A DNA stretch of 42,664 bases from contig CAISWF010000044.1 of assembly GCA_903889135.1 (NCBI GenBank), positions 1-42,664 of the forward strand. Direction: 5' to 3'. Made by a program: the position numbers and the translations under genes. The stretch is from Candidatus Omnitrophota bacterium (GTDB taxonomy: Bacteria; Omnitrophota; Gorgyraeia; Pluralincolimonadales; Pluralincolimonadaceae). Numbering within the stretch: the stretch's first letter is position 1; each line of letters opens with the position of its first letter. Below the pieces are notes generated by a model. That model was not told the DNA's origin. It worked only from the letters and a program-made list of their open reading frames with translations, and ran no database searches. Shown here piece by piece: positions 1 to 11,098 of this stretch.

Positions 1-621
1 CTCCACAGACGAAATGCATTTGCCACAATGGTTCAAAGAGTTGCCGGGATTATAATTGGGCCCGACGGCGAATTTTATCTCTTTAAGTTCGGCGGGATTG
101 AAGTTGACGTCTGTCACCATCTTTTTGGCTGTGTCATCCCAATACTGCCCTTTCTTGGGATACGCGGAGAAAGGTATGGTCATTTTCTGCCACTCTTTGG
201 AGGTCTGGCCGTATTTCGGTGTGGCCATCACGCCTACTTCGGTCTTGTTGTGGTCGGTATCATCGGAATCGACCAATAATACCTCAAAATTCTCTCCGGC
301 CTCGGTGCCCTTGACCCAGAACTCGACCGCGGGTTTATTTAGCTTCGTCAGGTCAACCAGGGGGACCAGGGGGTTGCGCCCAACGACCGCTCCCGACCAT
401 TGCGCGCAATTCAAGACCGCCTTCAGGCACGCCTCGCCTGAGTGGGCGCCCTCCTTCACTATCTCGAAAGTCGTCCCGGCGCCGTAGGAATACATATACT
501 GCCCTTTGGAGTCATCGATGGCGTCCGTAAAAAAATCCGTTGATGCGGCGCGCGCGAAACCGGCCGAGCAGATCAGTACCAAACCGAACAAAAATACCGC
601 GACAAGCACCGTCCTGTTCAT
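1..621 (-). CDS. Secreted protein with a carbohydrate-binding-module-like (CBM11/CIA30-type, galactose-binding fold) domain; 3' end runs off the window
   Basis: Not in the ORF track; translated by hand. ATG at 621 after GGAGG. Signal peptide MNRTVLVAVFLFGLVLICSAGFARA, then VEFWVKG...FEVLLVD...EWQKMTIPFSAYP...ELKEIKF, typical of CBM11-like domains. Frame is open to position 1. Confidence 0.7.
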   Translation of the reverse strand, partial: MNRTVLVAVFLFGLVLICSAGFARAASTDFFTDAIDDSKGQYMYSYGAGTTFEIVKEGAHSGEACLKAVLNCAQWSGAVVGRNPLVPLVDLTKLNKPAVEFWVKGTEAGENFEVLLVDSDDTDHNKTEVGVMATPKYGQTSKEWQKMTIPFSAYPKKGQYWDDTAKKMVTDVNFNPAELKEIKFAVGPNYNPGNSLNHCGKCISSVE

Positions 622-648
622 TTTATTCCCTCCTGTAGATATGGATAA

Positions 649-677
649 ATTATACCCCTGCTGAAACCTTTATTCAA
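649..677 (-). promoter_or_regulatory. Sigma70-type promoter for the CBM-like gene
   Basis: Minus strand TTGAAT (677-672), 17 bp spacer, TATAAT (654-649). Confidence 0.6.
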
Positions 678-693
678 TAGAGAAGGTTATTCT

Positions 694-721
694 TTGACAC
701 GTTTTACTTTTATGTTATACT
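694..721 (+). promoter_or_regulatory. Sigma70-type promoter for the pilin gene
   Basis: TTGACA (694-699), 16 bp spacer, TATACT (716-721) with an extended -10 TG. Confidence 0.65.
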
Positions 722-764
722 ACCATCATAAGATGCTGAAAGTCCTAATATAGGAGGAACAGGC

Positions 765-1196
765 ATGAGAACACTAGTGGGAAGAAAGGGTTTCACGCTC
801 GTTGAGATCATGATCGTAGTCGCGATCATAGCTCTCTTAGCAGCCATAGCGATACCTAACTTACTGCGCGCAAGACTCAACGCGAACGAAGCGGCAGCTA
901 TATCCGCGCTTCGTACTACCAGTACCGCATGCGAGAGTTTCAGGGCCGTGCAGAGCCCGGTAACATATCCGGCGAACCTGGCTGCGCTGTCCGGCGCTGT
1001 TCCTCCGTACATCGATGCCACATTGGGAGGTGGTACGAAGCAGGGCTACAAGTTTACGTATGCGCTGGTAAACGCGAACCAGTACACCTGCACGGCTGCG
1101 CCTGTAACGGCGAACGTTACCGGCACGAGGACATTCTTCGTTGATGAGTCAGGCGTAATAAGATTGACTAACGCCGCGGGCAATCCGATCGAATAA
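765..1196 (+). CDS. Type IV pilin (prepilin-type N-terminal cleavage/methylation protein)
   Basis: KG|FTLVEIMIVVAIIALLAAIAIP class III signal with E5; C-terminal TGTRTFFVDESGVIR; AGGAGG ribosome-binding site. Confidence 0.92.
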   Translation: MRTLVGRKGFTLVEIMIVVAIIALLAAIAIPNLLRARLNANEAAAISALRTTSTACESFRAVQSPVTYPANLAALSGAVPPYIDATLGGGTKQGYKFTYALVNANQYTCTAAPVTANVTGTRTFFVDESGVIRLTNAAGNPIE

Positions 1197-1218
1197 TACT
1201 AAGGGCGTAGATCTTTAG

Positions 1219-1251
1219 AAAAAGGCGAAGACTTAAATCTTCGCCTTTTTT
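1219..1251. terminator. Bidirectional intrinsic terminator between the pilin and hydE
   Basis: Perfect inverted repeat AAAAAGGCGAAGA-cttaaa-TCTTCGCCTTTTT with A/T tails on both sides, between convergent genes. Confidence 0.88.
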
Positions 1252-1270
1252 ATTAATGAAGCGCCTCTAA

Positions 1271-2248
1271 TCAGGCGATGGTGCGGCCTATCGAGGCGGC
1301 GATGGATCCCATGCACGGGGCGCAGGCGCCGGTCGATTCGCTGATGCATCTTTTATTGGGGTAGATCTCGTATAATTTTTTGTAAGGCGCGGGCGTGAAG
1401 TTCGGCATGAGGACATTAGCTCCGGCCTTCAGCCCCTCTACCCTGAAATCTTTTCCCAGACTGCCGAGGGCGGTGGTCGCCGGGAGGTTCGCCCTTTTCG
1501 TGACTATGCGGGTGAGCGCGAGGGTTTTAAGGACTAAATTGACATCTCCGGCCTGCTTGCCCGCGAGCGGCGTTTTCCCGTGCGGGATGAACGGCCCGAT
1601 GCCTATCATGTCGAAATCCCATTCTTTGAAGAATAATATGTCGTTGGCGATGGAACGCAAAGTCTGGCCGGGGAGACCGACCATTATGCCTGAGCCGGTC
1701 TCGTAACCCAGGCCTTTCAGGTCGCGCAGGCAGCGCAGGCGGTTCTCAAAATCCATGCCGTAGTGCAGGGAATTGTAAAGCTTTTTGTCGGACGTCTCGA
1801 TCTTGAGTAGATACCTGTCCGCGCCCGCGTCCTTCCATAATTTATAATCTTCGCGCGGCCTCTCCCCCACCGAAAGGGTCACCGCGATTTCATATCTTGA
1901 TTTTATATCTTTGATGAGGCCGGCAAGCCACTCGGGCCTCAGCATGGGATTCTCGCCCGACTGCAGGACGACAGTCTTTATATCTGCGGCGGCGATCTGC
2001 GAGACGCTGTCGAGTATCTCTTCTTTTGTCAGGCGGTATCTTTCGAGAGACCTGTTCGTCGCGTTGAGCCCGCAATAGTAACAATATTTTCCACAATAAT
2101 TTGAGAACTCGATAAGCCCGCGCAGGAGGATCGCGTCGCCGACATATTTACGGCGGACTTTATCTGCCTGTTCATAAAGCTCGAGGAGCGACTTCTCGTC
2201 TTCGAGCGAAAGAAGCCGTTCGAGCTCTTTTGCGTCATACATATTCAT
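1271..2248 (-). CDS. hydE: [FeFe]-hydrogenase H-cluster radical SAM maturase HydE
   Basis: CGKYCYYC radical SAM motif, BioB-like fold, YEIYPNK and C-terminal Cx7Cx2C (CISESTGACAPC); overlaps the hydG stop. Start could be 2242, 2248 or 2251. Confidence 0.92.
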   Translation of the reverse strand: MNMYDAKELERLLSLEDEKSLLELYEQADKVRRKYVGDAILLRGLIEFSNYCGKYCYYCGLNATNRSLERYRLTKEEILDSVSQIAAADIKTVVLQSGENPMLRPEWLAGLIKDIKSRYEIAVTLSVGERPREDYKLWKDAGADRYLLKIETSDKKLYNSLHYGMDFENRLRCLRDLKGLGYETGSGIMVGLPGQTLRSIANDILFFKEWDFDMIGIGPFIPHGKTPLAGKQAGDVNLVLKTLALTRIVTKRANLPATTALGSLGKDFRVEGLKAGANVLMPNFTPAPYKKLYEIYPNKRCISESTGACAPCMGSIAASIGRTIA

Positions 2249-3617
2249 CACGCATGCCCGCGTCTACAGCTGAGAATAATTTTGAGATCTGGGCGCGGGA
2301 TTTTTCGTCGAGTTTCGCGGTCTCGCGCTCGATAAGTTCGTAGCCCGTCTCTTTTATTTTGGGTGAGGCGAAGTCGGCGAGATATTCCTTGAACGTCACG
2401 AGCGCGTTGACGCTGCACATGCCTTTTATGAGGCCGGGCTTTGCCAGGCTCATGAAACTCTCCCCTGTCCTCTCCCTGCGGTAGCAGGCGGCGCAGAAGC
2501 TAGGGATATAATTTTTCTCGATGAGCATGCCGACGAGCTCTTCAAGGCTGCGCTTATCGCTCGTGGTGAACTGGCCGTCCCATTTTTCGCTGTCGGAATA
2601 TCCGCCCGGCGAGGTCTTCGACTCGGCACTTATCTGCGAAATGCCCAAACTAATGACCTCATCCCTCATCTCTGCCGTCTCCCTTGTCGTAAGTATCATC
2701 CCGGTATACGGGACAGACAGACGGATGACAGCGACGAGTTTTTTGAAATCGTCATCCGATACCTGATATGGGGGATGGAGTGAAAACTCTGACCCCACCG
2801 CCGGCTCGATGCGCGGAACCGATATCGTGTGCGGGCCGACGTTGAATTTCTTCTCGAGGTGCTCGATGTGCATCATCATCGCCAGCGTCTCGAACCTGTA
2901 ATCGTAAAGCCCGTAAAGCGGCCCTATGCCGACGTCGTCTATCCCGGCCGAAAAGGCGCGGTCTATGGCATCGAGACGGTTGTCAGGATCGCTCTTCGGC
3001 CCCTTAAGGTGGCATTTCCTGTATGTATCGTCGTGGTATGTCTCCTGGAACAGCTGGAATGTGCCGATGTTCGAGGCCTTAAGTTTCTTGAAATCTTCTA
3101 CCGACAGGGGCGCGCAGTTAATATTCACCCTCTTTATGTAGTGCTGGCCGACGCGCGCTGAATACGCGGCCTCGACCGCCTCCGCATAATATTCGATGGC
3201 GGATTTGCCCGGGACGCCCGATTCACCCGCTACGACGAGGATGCGCTTGTGCCCTCTTTTAAGCAGCCACTCGACTTGCTCGCGGATCTCGGCGGCGTTG
3301 AGGTATTTCCTTTTTAATCCGGCATTGCCGGACTGGAACGCGCAATAGACGCATTCGTTCGCGCAGAAATTCGAGATGTAAAGCGGCGCGAATAGGACAA
3401 CGCGGTTGCCGTAGATGGCGTTCTTGACGTATGCCGCCGCCTCGAAGATCTTTTTTACCAGGCGCGGATCATTGACCGCGAGGAGCGCGGCCGTCTCTTC
3501 GATGGCGAGGCGCTTGAGCGAGCGCGATTTGTTTAAAATCGGGACGATTTTATCCTCGCCGGCCTTTCCGGCGTTGTTGAGCAGGTCCTGTATCTTGTTT
3601 TCGTCGATATGCTTCAT
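2235..3617 (-). CDS. hydG: [FeFe]-hydrogenase H-cluster radical SAM maturase HydG
   Basis: ThiH-like; APLYISNFCANECVYC, GPHTISVPR, C-terminal PSFCAAC...GMC auxiliary cluster motif. Confidence 0.96.
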   Translation of the reverse strand: MKHIDENKIQDLLNNAGKAGEDKIVPILNKSRSLKRLAIEETAALLAVNDPRLVKKIFEAAAYVKNAIYGNRVVLFAPLYISNFCANECVYCAFQSGNAGLKRKYLNAAEIREQVEWLLKRGHKRILVVAGESGVPGKSAIEYYAEAVEAAYSARVGQHYIKRVNINCAPLSVEDFKKLKASNIGTFQLFQETYHDDTYRKCHLKGPKSDPDNRLDAIDRAFSAGIDDVGIGPLYGLYDYRFETLAMMMHIEHLEKKFNVGPHTISVPRIEPAVGSEFSLHPPYQVSDDDFKKLVAVIRLSVPYTGMILTTRETAEMRDEVISLGISQISAESKTSPGGYSDSEKWDGQFTTSDKRSLEELVGMLIEKNYIPSFCAACYRRERTGESFMSLAKPGLIKGMCSVNALVTFKEYLADFASPKIKETGYELIERETAKLDEKSRAQISKLFSAVDAGMRDEYV

Positions 3618-4850
3618 CTCTTCTCCTTTTTCGAACCTCTTTCAAAAGCGTCAAGGGCCGCCGGGAACGGCGAGAGCACCCTTTTTATCACGCCCTGCGA
3701 CACGGATATTGCGAGCCCGTAATTTGTTATCGGCACGCCCGCTTCTTTTGCCTTTCCTACGCGGCTTAGCATCTCGCGGCGCGTTATCATGCAGCCGCCG
3801 CAATGTATCACCAGTTTATATTCTTTTAAATTATCCGGGTAATCGCGGCCCGAAGAGATATCTATCGTCAGGTCTCCCCCGACGTATTGCCTGAGCCAGC
3901 GCGGGATCTTCACGCGGCCGATGTCGTCTTCTATCGCGTGATGGCTGCACGCCTCGGCGATCAATACCTTATCGCCGGGTTGCAGAGATCCGATCACTGC
4001 CGCGCCTTTTGCCGCCTCAACTAGATCGCCCTTATACCTGGCAAATAAGATCGAGAATGTTGTGCATTTCACGGACGGCGGCGTATCCGCGACCATCTTT
4101 AATACGACCTGCGAATCGCAGACTACGATATCCGGCGGCGACTTCAGTTTGGCGAGCGCGGACGAGTATTCCCTCTCTTTCACGACGAGCGCGGACGAAT
4201 CGTTATCGAGCGCGTCGCGTATCGTCTGGACTTGCGGCAAAATTAGGCGCCCCTTCGGCGCCTGTAGGTCTATCGGGACGATGAGCACGGCTAGGCCGCC
4301 GGCTGGGAGCAAGTCGCCGATAAGCGCGGGAGGATTAAAGAAATCTTCAGGGCAGGCCTCGAGCAGGTATTTCTTAAACTCGCTTATGCTCTTATCCCTA
4401 TCCTTGCCGTTTACGCTCGAACAAAGGATTACCCTGTTTATCTTTTTTATAATATTATTTACGAAGGCGGCGGCCGGCATTCCGAGGTCTATTTTATTTA
4501 TAGCCGCGATCACGGGTATCTTATGTTTCTCCGCCTCAGATAAAACCGCGTCCTCATAATCCGTCCATATCCCCGGTTCAACAACGAGGACCGCCACATC
4601 CGAACGGTCGAAGATCTTATTCGTTTTATTGAGACGCGCCGGGGCTAGCTCGGACTTATCATCGAGGCCCGCTGTATCGAGGAAGACGACCGGCCCTACC
4701 GGCAAGATCTCCATCGATTTCTCTACTACATCCGTCGTAGTGCCGGCGACCGGCGAGGTTATCGCCACGTCCTGCCCGGCTATCATATTAAGGAAACTCG
4801 ATTTGCCGACGTTCGTCCGGCCGAAGATCCCTATCTGCAACCTTAACGAT

Positions 4851-4867
<17 letters not shown>
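3614..4867 (-). CDS. hydF: [FeFe]-hydrogenase H-cluster maturation GTPase HydF
   Basis: GRTNVGKSS, DTAG, NKID GTPase motifs; APKGRLILPQVQ; EACSHH...HCGGC cluster ligands. Confidence 0.97.
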
Positions 4868-6251
<1,384 letters not shown>

Positions 6252-6503
6252 TTATTTCCCTTTGCTCAAAGCGGATTTCACCGAAACGCCGGGTATCAGC
6301 CCCAGCCTTCCGGTCAGCGCGCCGACATCATCGGTCGTAGCGTCGACGATGAGCGTTATTATCGAGCAATTCCTTTCTTTGTACGGGATGCCCATCCGCC
6401 CCTGGATGATATTCCCGAACTCGGACAGGATCTTATTGACCTCTCCCGCCTGCTTGTTCCTGTCCGTCACTATTATCCCCATAAACCCCAGTCTCTTGTT
6501 CAT
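6252..6503 (-). CDS. TM1266-family iron-only hydrogenase system putative regulator (ACT-like fold)
   Basis: About 83 aa; NKILSEFGNIIQGRMGIPY...IITLIV...LTGRLGLIPGVSVKS; AGGAGG ahead of ATG 6503; sits in the hyd maturation operon. Confidence 0.9.
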   Translation of the reverse strand: MNKRLGFMGIIVTDRNKQAGEVNKILSEFGNIIQGRMGIPYKERNCSIITLIVDATTDDVGALTGRLGLIPGVSVKSALSKGK

Positions 6504-6518
6504 TTCCACCTCCTAAAT

Positions 6519-6549
6519 AAAAAAAGCCCGGCGTGAGCCAAGCCGGGCT
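6519..6549 (-). terminator. Intrinsic terminator immediately upstream of the maturation operon
   Basis: Minus strand AGCCCGGC-ttggctcac-GCCGGGCT followed by a T tract, a few nt before the AGGAGG site. Confidence 0.88.
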
Positions 6550-6604
6550 AAATTTACCGCTTTCAGCCCCTTGGCTTCAGAGTCGCCTCTTTACCGCAGG
6601 TATT
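6519..6604 (-). promoter_or_regulatory. Candidate attenuator/riboswitch-like leader with a mutually exclusive antiterminator
   Basis: AGCCAAG-GGGCTGAA (6576-6562) can pair with TTTAGCCC-GG-CTTGGCT (6552-6536), consuming the terminator 5' arm and loop; upstream GNRA hairpin AGAG-GCGA-CTCT; GCGGTAAA occurs twice. Confidence 0.62.
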
Positions 6605-6636
6605 TAATAGAACACCCCCGCTGAGGCGGGACTGCG

Positions 6637-8388
6637 CTACCTCTTGTAGATGGGACGTCCTTTATATGTCGTGTGGAGAAGTTTTTCGGATTTTTCGCTC
6701 AACGGCTTCTCCAAAAATTCCTTGTATAACCTCTTTATATACGGGTTCTGGTGCGAGCACCGGACCGCTTTAGTCTTGTCGTCTTCATACAGCGCCTGTG
6801 ACCTGAGCGTCCTGACCTCGTCGGTCACCATGTACGGCTGGCCGCCGCCTCCGACGCAGCCGCCCGGGCACGCCATTACTTCGATGAAATGATAGGGCAA
6901 TTCTTTGCCCGCTTTCTTCGCTTCCCTTACTTTGTTCAAAACATATTCGACGTTCGCCATGCCGTGCGCGACCGCGACCCGGACTTTTTTTCCGCCGACT
7001 TCGATCTCACCCTCTTTGACCCTCTTCAGGCCCCTGACGACATCGAGGTCGACTTTCTTCAACTCTTCGCCGGTTATGAAATAATTCGCGGTCCTTAACG
7101 CGGCTTCCATGACGCCGCCGGTCGAGCCGAAGATGACGCCAGCGCCGGCGTATTCGCCGAGTATCGTATCCGATTCTTCATCGGGAAGGTTCATGAAATC
7201 TATGCCCGCCTGTTTGATCATCAGCGCGAGCTCCCTTGTCGTCATGACGATATCTATATCCTGGTAACCTGAGGCGGACATCTCGTCGCTCCTGGTTATC
7301 TCGTATTTCTTGGCGGTGCAGGGCATTACCGAGACCATGACTATCTTCGAAGGGTCGATGTTGTTCTTCTGCGCGTAATAGGTCTTCGAGAGGACGCCCA
7401 ATATCTCGTGCGGCGATTTGCAGGATGAGAAATGGTCTATCATGTCGGTGTGGAACTTCTCCATGAAATCCACCCACGACGGGCAGCAGGTCGTGATCAA
7501 AGGAAGCGGCTTCGTGCCTTTTACGAACCTCTGCTCGAACTCGCTCGCCTCTTCCATTATGGTGACATCGGCCGCGAAGCTCGTATCGAATACAGCCTTG
7601 AAACCGAGCCGCCTCAACAGGGCGTATAATTTCCCGGTGAAATTCTTTCCCGCGACCCCGAACGCCTCGCCTATGGAGGCCCTGACAGCCGGGGCGATCT
7701 GCACTACGCAATACTTATCGGCATTCTCGAGCGCCTTCCAGACCTTCGGCACGTCGAAGTATTCGACGATAGCGCCGGTCGGGCAATGCGCCGAGCACTG
7801 GCCGCACTTTATGCACGGCGACTCGGCCAGCGTTATGTCACCGGCCGGGGAGAACCTCGTCTTTATGCCGCGCTGGAGGAACGAGAGCGCCCATACGTCC
7901 TGCATCTCCTGGCAGACATAGATGCACCTGCCGCACAAGATGCATTTTTCCGGCTCGAGGACGACGGCCTTAGTCGAGTCATCCATCGGAAGGTCGCGCT
8001 TTATCTTCGGGAAATATTCCTCGGAGATACCGAAGTCCGCGACTATCTTCTGGAGCTCGCAGTTATTGTTGCGGCCGCAGATGAGGCAGTCGTTGGGGTG
8101 GTTCGAAAGTATCAGTTCAAGGACGCTCCTCCTTATCGCGACTATCTCGGGATCGTGGGTCGTTATCTCCATCCCCTCTTCCATAGGGGTGCAGCAGGCC
8201 CTGAGCATCTTGTTGGAGCCCTTCGCCTTGACCACGCAGATGCCGCACGACGCGGACGGCGGAAGGTCGGGATGCTTGCAAAGCGTCGGTATCTTTATCT
8301 GGACGCTTTTGGCCGCCTCGAGTATCGTCGTCCCCTCGGGAACCTTGATGAATATGTCGTTTATCTTCGCCTGTATGGATTTTGCCAT
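6637..8388 (-). CDS. hydA: [FeFe]-hydrogenase catalytic subunit, group A3 multimeric NAD-linked type (HydA/HndD)
   Basis: H-cluster motifs TTCCPSW, MPCTAKKYE, EVMACPGGCVGGGGQP; N-terminal 2Fe-2S, HxxxCxxC and 2x[4Fe-4S] domains. Confidence 0.97.
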   Translation of the reverse strand: MAKSIQAKINDIFIKVPEGTTILEAAKSVQIKIPTLCKHPDLPPSASCGICVVKAKGSNKMLRACCTPMEEGMEITTHDPEIVAIRRSVLELILSNHPNDCLICGRNNNCELQKIVADFGISEEYFPKIKRDLPMDDSTKAVVLEPEKCILCGRCIYVCQEMQDVWALSFLQRGIKTRFSPAGDITLAESPCIKCGQCSAHCPTGAIVEYFDVPKVWKALENADKYCVVQIAPAVRASIGEAFGVAGKNFTGKLYALLRRLGFKAVFDTSFAADVTIMEEASEFEQRFVKGTKPLPLITTCCPSWVDFMEKFHTDMIDHFSSCKSPHEILGVLSKTYYAQKNNIDPSKIVMVSVMPCTAKKYEITRSDEMSASGYQDIDIVMTTRELALMIKQAGIDFMNLPDEESDTILGEYAGAGVIFGSTGGVMEAALRTANYFITGEELKKVDLDVVRGLKRVKEGEIEVGGKKVRVAVAHGMANVEYVLNKVREAKKAGKELPYHFIEVMACPGGCVGGGGQPYMVTDEVRTLRSQALYEDDKTKAVRCSHQNPYIKRLYKEFLEKPLSEKSEKLLHTTYKGRPIYKR

Positions 8389-8390
8389 TT

Positions 8391-10151
8391 TTATTCCTTT
8401 GATACCGCTTTGAACTTGCAGACCTCAAAACATTTACCGCAACGTACGCATTTGTTCATGTCTATGACGTAGCCGTCATCTTTGTTGCCGGTTATCGCCT
8501 TCGCCTCGCAGTTCATCATGCAAACCGAGCACTTCTTGCATTTCTCCGGGATTATCTTATAGCTTAAGAGGTTGCGGCATTTCTTCGACGGGCATTTTTT
8601 ATTGATGATATGGACTTCATACTCGTCCTGGTAATACCTAAGTGTTGAGACGACCGGGTTAGGCGCGGTCTGTCCGAGGCCGCAGAGCGCGGCCTTTTGC
8701 ATCGCCTGCGAAATCCTCCGTAAATTATCGAGATCAGTCAATTCCCCCAGGCCTTCCGTGATCTTGCTCAAGGTGTTGAGCATCTGGGCGGTGCCGATCC
8801 TGCACGGAGAGCATTTTCCGCACGACTCCTCAAAGCAGAACCTCTGGTAGAACCTCGCGATATCTACCATGCAGTCGTCCTCATCCATGACTATCATGCC
8901 GCCCGAACCCATTATCGAGCCCAGCTTCTGGAGGTTCTCGTAATCTACCGGCGTATCAAGAAAATCCTTGGGTATGACGCCGCCGGACGGGCCGCCTGTC
9001 TGTATCGCCTTGATCGCCTTGTTATTGAATATGCCGCCGCCAATATCATATACTATCTCGCGGATCGTCGTGCCCATGGGGACCTCGACGAGCCCGGAAT
9101 TTTTTATCTTGCCTGTGAGCGCGAAGACTTTTGTGCCTTTCGATGTCGCCGTGCCGACGCGCGCGAACACATCTCCCCCTTTAAGTATGATATAAGGCAC
9201 GTTGGCGAGGGTCTCGACGTTATTTATTACCGTCGGGCTGCCCCAGAGGCCCTTTACCGAAGGATACGGCGGGCGCGGATGAGGCGTTCCTCTCCTGCCC
9301 TCGATGGAGGCGATAAGCGCCGTCTCTTCGCCGCAGACGAAAGCGCCTGCACCTAATCTTATCTCGAGGTCGAAATTAAAATTGCTTCCCAATATGTTAT
9401 TGCCCAGCAACCCGCGCTCGTAACAACGGTCGATGGCGTTCTGGATCCTGTCGACGGCGAGCGGGTATTCGGCCCTTATGTAAAAATATCCTTTTGTGGC
9501 TCCGATGGAAAAACCGGCTATCATCATGCCCTCGACGACCGAGTACGGGTCGCCCTCGAGCACGCTCCTGTCCATGTAAGCGCCAGGGTCGCCCTCGTCG
9601 CCGTTGCAAATGACGTATTTCTGGTCAGCGGTCATCTGTTTCGCGAAATTCCACTTCATCCACGTCGGGTATCCGGCGCCGCCCCTGCCGCGCAGGCCGC
9701 TCTTCTTTATCTCGTCTATGACTTTTTCCTGGGTCTTTAATTCAAAAAGGACTTTCTTTAGCGATTGGTAACCGTCCCTTGCAAGATAGTCGTCTATATT
9801 ATCCGGGTCGACAATGCCGCAGTTCCTGAGGACTATCCTTAATTGTTTGGGCTCCTTGCACGTAACGAGGTCCTGGACGGGCTTGCCCCCCTGCGAAGGG
9901 ACTTCGCCTTCTTTTATGGAATCTATGATGCGGTTTATATCCCCGTCTTTGACGTTATAATAAGTCGTATCCGGCAGGACTTTTATCACCACGCCCTGGT
10001 TATAGACGCCGATATCGGCGGCGCGGACAGCCATTACCGAATCCTGCATGCCGCGTTCCCGCAGGCCGTTCAGGAAGGCCGCGTAGACATCCTTCGTCCT
10101 CTCCGGCTGCAATATCCCGGTATCCTTTATATATACAATCTTCCTATCCAT
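8391..10151 (-). CDS. hydB: NuoF-like FMN/NADH-binding hydrogenase subunit (HydB/HndC)
   Basis: [55 protein letters not shown]-terminal 2x[4Fe-4S]. Confidence 0.95.
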   Translation of the reverse strand: MDRKIVYIKDTGILQPERTKDVYAAFLNGLRERGMQDSVMAVRAADIGVYNQGVVIKVLPDTTYYNVKDGDINRIIDSIKEGEVPSQGGKPVQDLVTCKEPKQLRIVLRNCGIVDPDNIDDYLARDGYQSLKKVLFELKTQEKVIDEIKKSGLRGRGGAGYPTWMKWNFAKQMTADQKYVICNGDEGDPGAYMDRSVLEGDPYSVVEGMMIAGFSIGATKGYFYIRAEYPLAVDRIQNAIDRCYERGLLGNNILGSNFNFDLEIRLGAGAFVCGEETALIASIEGRRGTPHPRPPYPSVKGLWGSPTVINNVETLANVPYIILKGGDVFARVGTATSKGTKVFALTGKIKNSGLVEVPMGTTIREIVYDIGGGIFNNKAIKAIQTGGPSGGVIPKDFLDTPVDYENLQKLGSIMGSGGMIVMDEDDCMVDIARFYQRFCFEESCGKCSPCRIGTAQMLNTLSKITEGLGELTDLDNLRRISQAMQKAALCGLGQTAPNPVVSTLRYYQDEYEVHIINKKCPSKKCRNLLSYKIIPEKCKKCSVCMMNCEAKAITGNKDDGYVIDMNKCVRCGKCFEVCKFKAVSKE

Positions 10152-10506
10152 TAGCTTTCTTTACCTGTATGTCGTAAATGTGGTCGTTTACAAGCCTGTG
10201 GTTATGTATGTGGTCATCGAGTATCTGTATCGCGACATCCTTGTCCACCTTGCCGTAGGTCACCTGGGGCATCCCCTCGACGTTCACCTCTACGAGCGGC
10301 TCGACCGAGCACATCCCGGCGCAGCCGCACTTTTTTATCGTGACCTGGATATTCCTCTTCTTCACCTCTTCGGTGAGGGTCTTAAAGACATCTTCGGCGC
10401 CGGCGGCGATGCCGCAGCTCGACATACCGACTTTTATCCAGTTCTTATCTTCCTTTTTCGGCTGTTTCGCTATGTTATCAAGTTCTTCTTTTGTGATCTT
10501 GCTCAT
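10144..10506 (-). CDS. Thioredoxin-like (2Fe-2S) ferredoxin hydrogenase subunit (HydD/HndB)
   Basis: [12 protein letters not shown]...[14 protein letters not shown]...TYGKV; lies between the NuoE-like and NuoF-like genes. Confidence 0.88.
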   Translation of the reverse strand: MSKITKEELDNIAKQPKKEDKNWIKVGMSSCGIAAGAEDVFKTLTEEVKKRNIQVTIKKCGCAGMCSVEPLVEVNVEGMPQVTYGKVDKDVAIQILDDHIHNHRLVNDHIYDIQVKKANG

Positions 10507-10985
10507 TTGACGGCCTTTTCCTGTTCATATTCGGAGAGTATATCCGCGACCTGGTCCTTCCTGACCTTGCTGTAGATCTTGCTGTCGACCTTCACGACCG
10601 GGGCGAGCCCGCAGCAGCCCAGGCACCTTACGACCTCGAGGCGGAAGAGACCGTCTTTGGTGGTCGTCCCTTCCCTGACGCCGAGTATATCGCGCATCTC
10701 ATGCAAAAGGTCGGAGGCGCCCTTCAAATAGCAGGCGGTCCCCATGCAGACCTGTATCAGGTGCTTGCCCGGCGGCTCGAGCTTGAAAAAATGGTAAAAG
10801 GTTATGACTTCGTATATCCTCGCAAGCGGGACATCGAGGTAGTTGGAAAGCTGCAGCGACGTGGCGCGCGGGACGTATCCGTAGAGGTTCTGGATATCGT
10901 GCAGGATCATGATCAGGCTGCCCTTCTTGCCTTCCCATTTCTTGACGATATTCTCTATATCAGCGGATAGTTTCTCTTCGTGCAT
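10503..10985 (-). CDS. hydC: NuoE-like 2Fe-2S hydrogenase subunit (HydC/HndA)
   Basis: LHDIQNLYGYVP, VITFYHFF, VCMGTACY, RCLGCCGLAP. Confidence 0.93.
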   Translation of the reverse strand: MHEEKLSADIENIVKKWEGKKGSLIMILHDIQNLYGYVPRATSLQLSNYLDVPLARIYEVITFYHFFKLEPPGKHLIQVCMGTACYLKGASDLLHEMRDILGVREGTTTKDGLFRLEVVRCLGCCGLAPVVKVDSKIYSKVRKDQVADILSEYEQEKAVK

Positions 10986-11042
10986 CTTGGTTTTATTCTC
11001 CGAAGTTTGATTAAAGGTTCCCGGTGGGAAACTAGGGATGTT

Positions 11043-11071
11043 AATATATCATACCGGCGGATATCTGTCAA
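11043..11071 (-). promoter_or_regulatory. Sigma70-type promoter of the hydrogenase operon
   Basis: Minus strand TTGACA (11071-11066), 17 bp spacer, TATATT (11048-11043) with an extended -10 TG. Confidence 0.75.
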
Positions 11072-11098
11072 CCCTTCGGTCGCCTCCGGGTAAAGCCG

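Noticed and set aside
6515-6636. Assigning the leader to a known riboswitch (SAM, lysine, c-di-GMP, NiCo, yybP, T-box)
   Set aside because: Only fragments such as GGUAAA or AGAGG resemble them; the conserved cores are absent by eye and the region is too short for the large classes. An Rfam scan is needed.
11039-11056. Rex operator at the hydrogenase promoter
   Set aside because: Only one half-site (ATGTTAA) matches.
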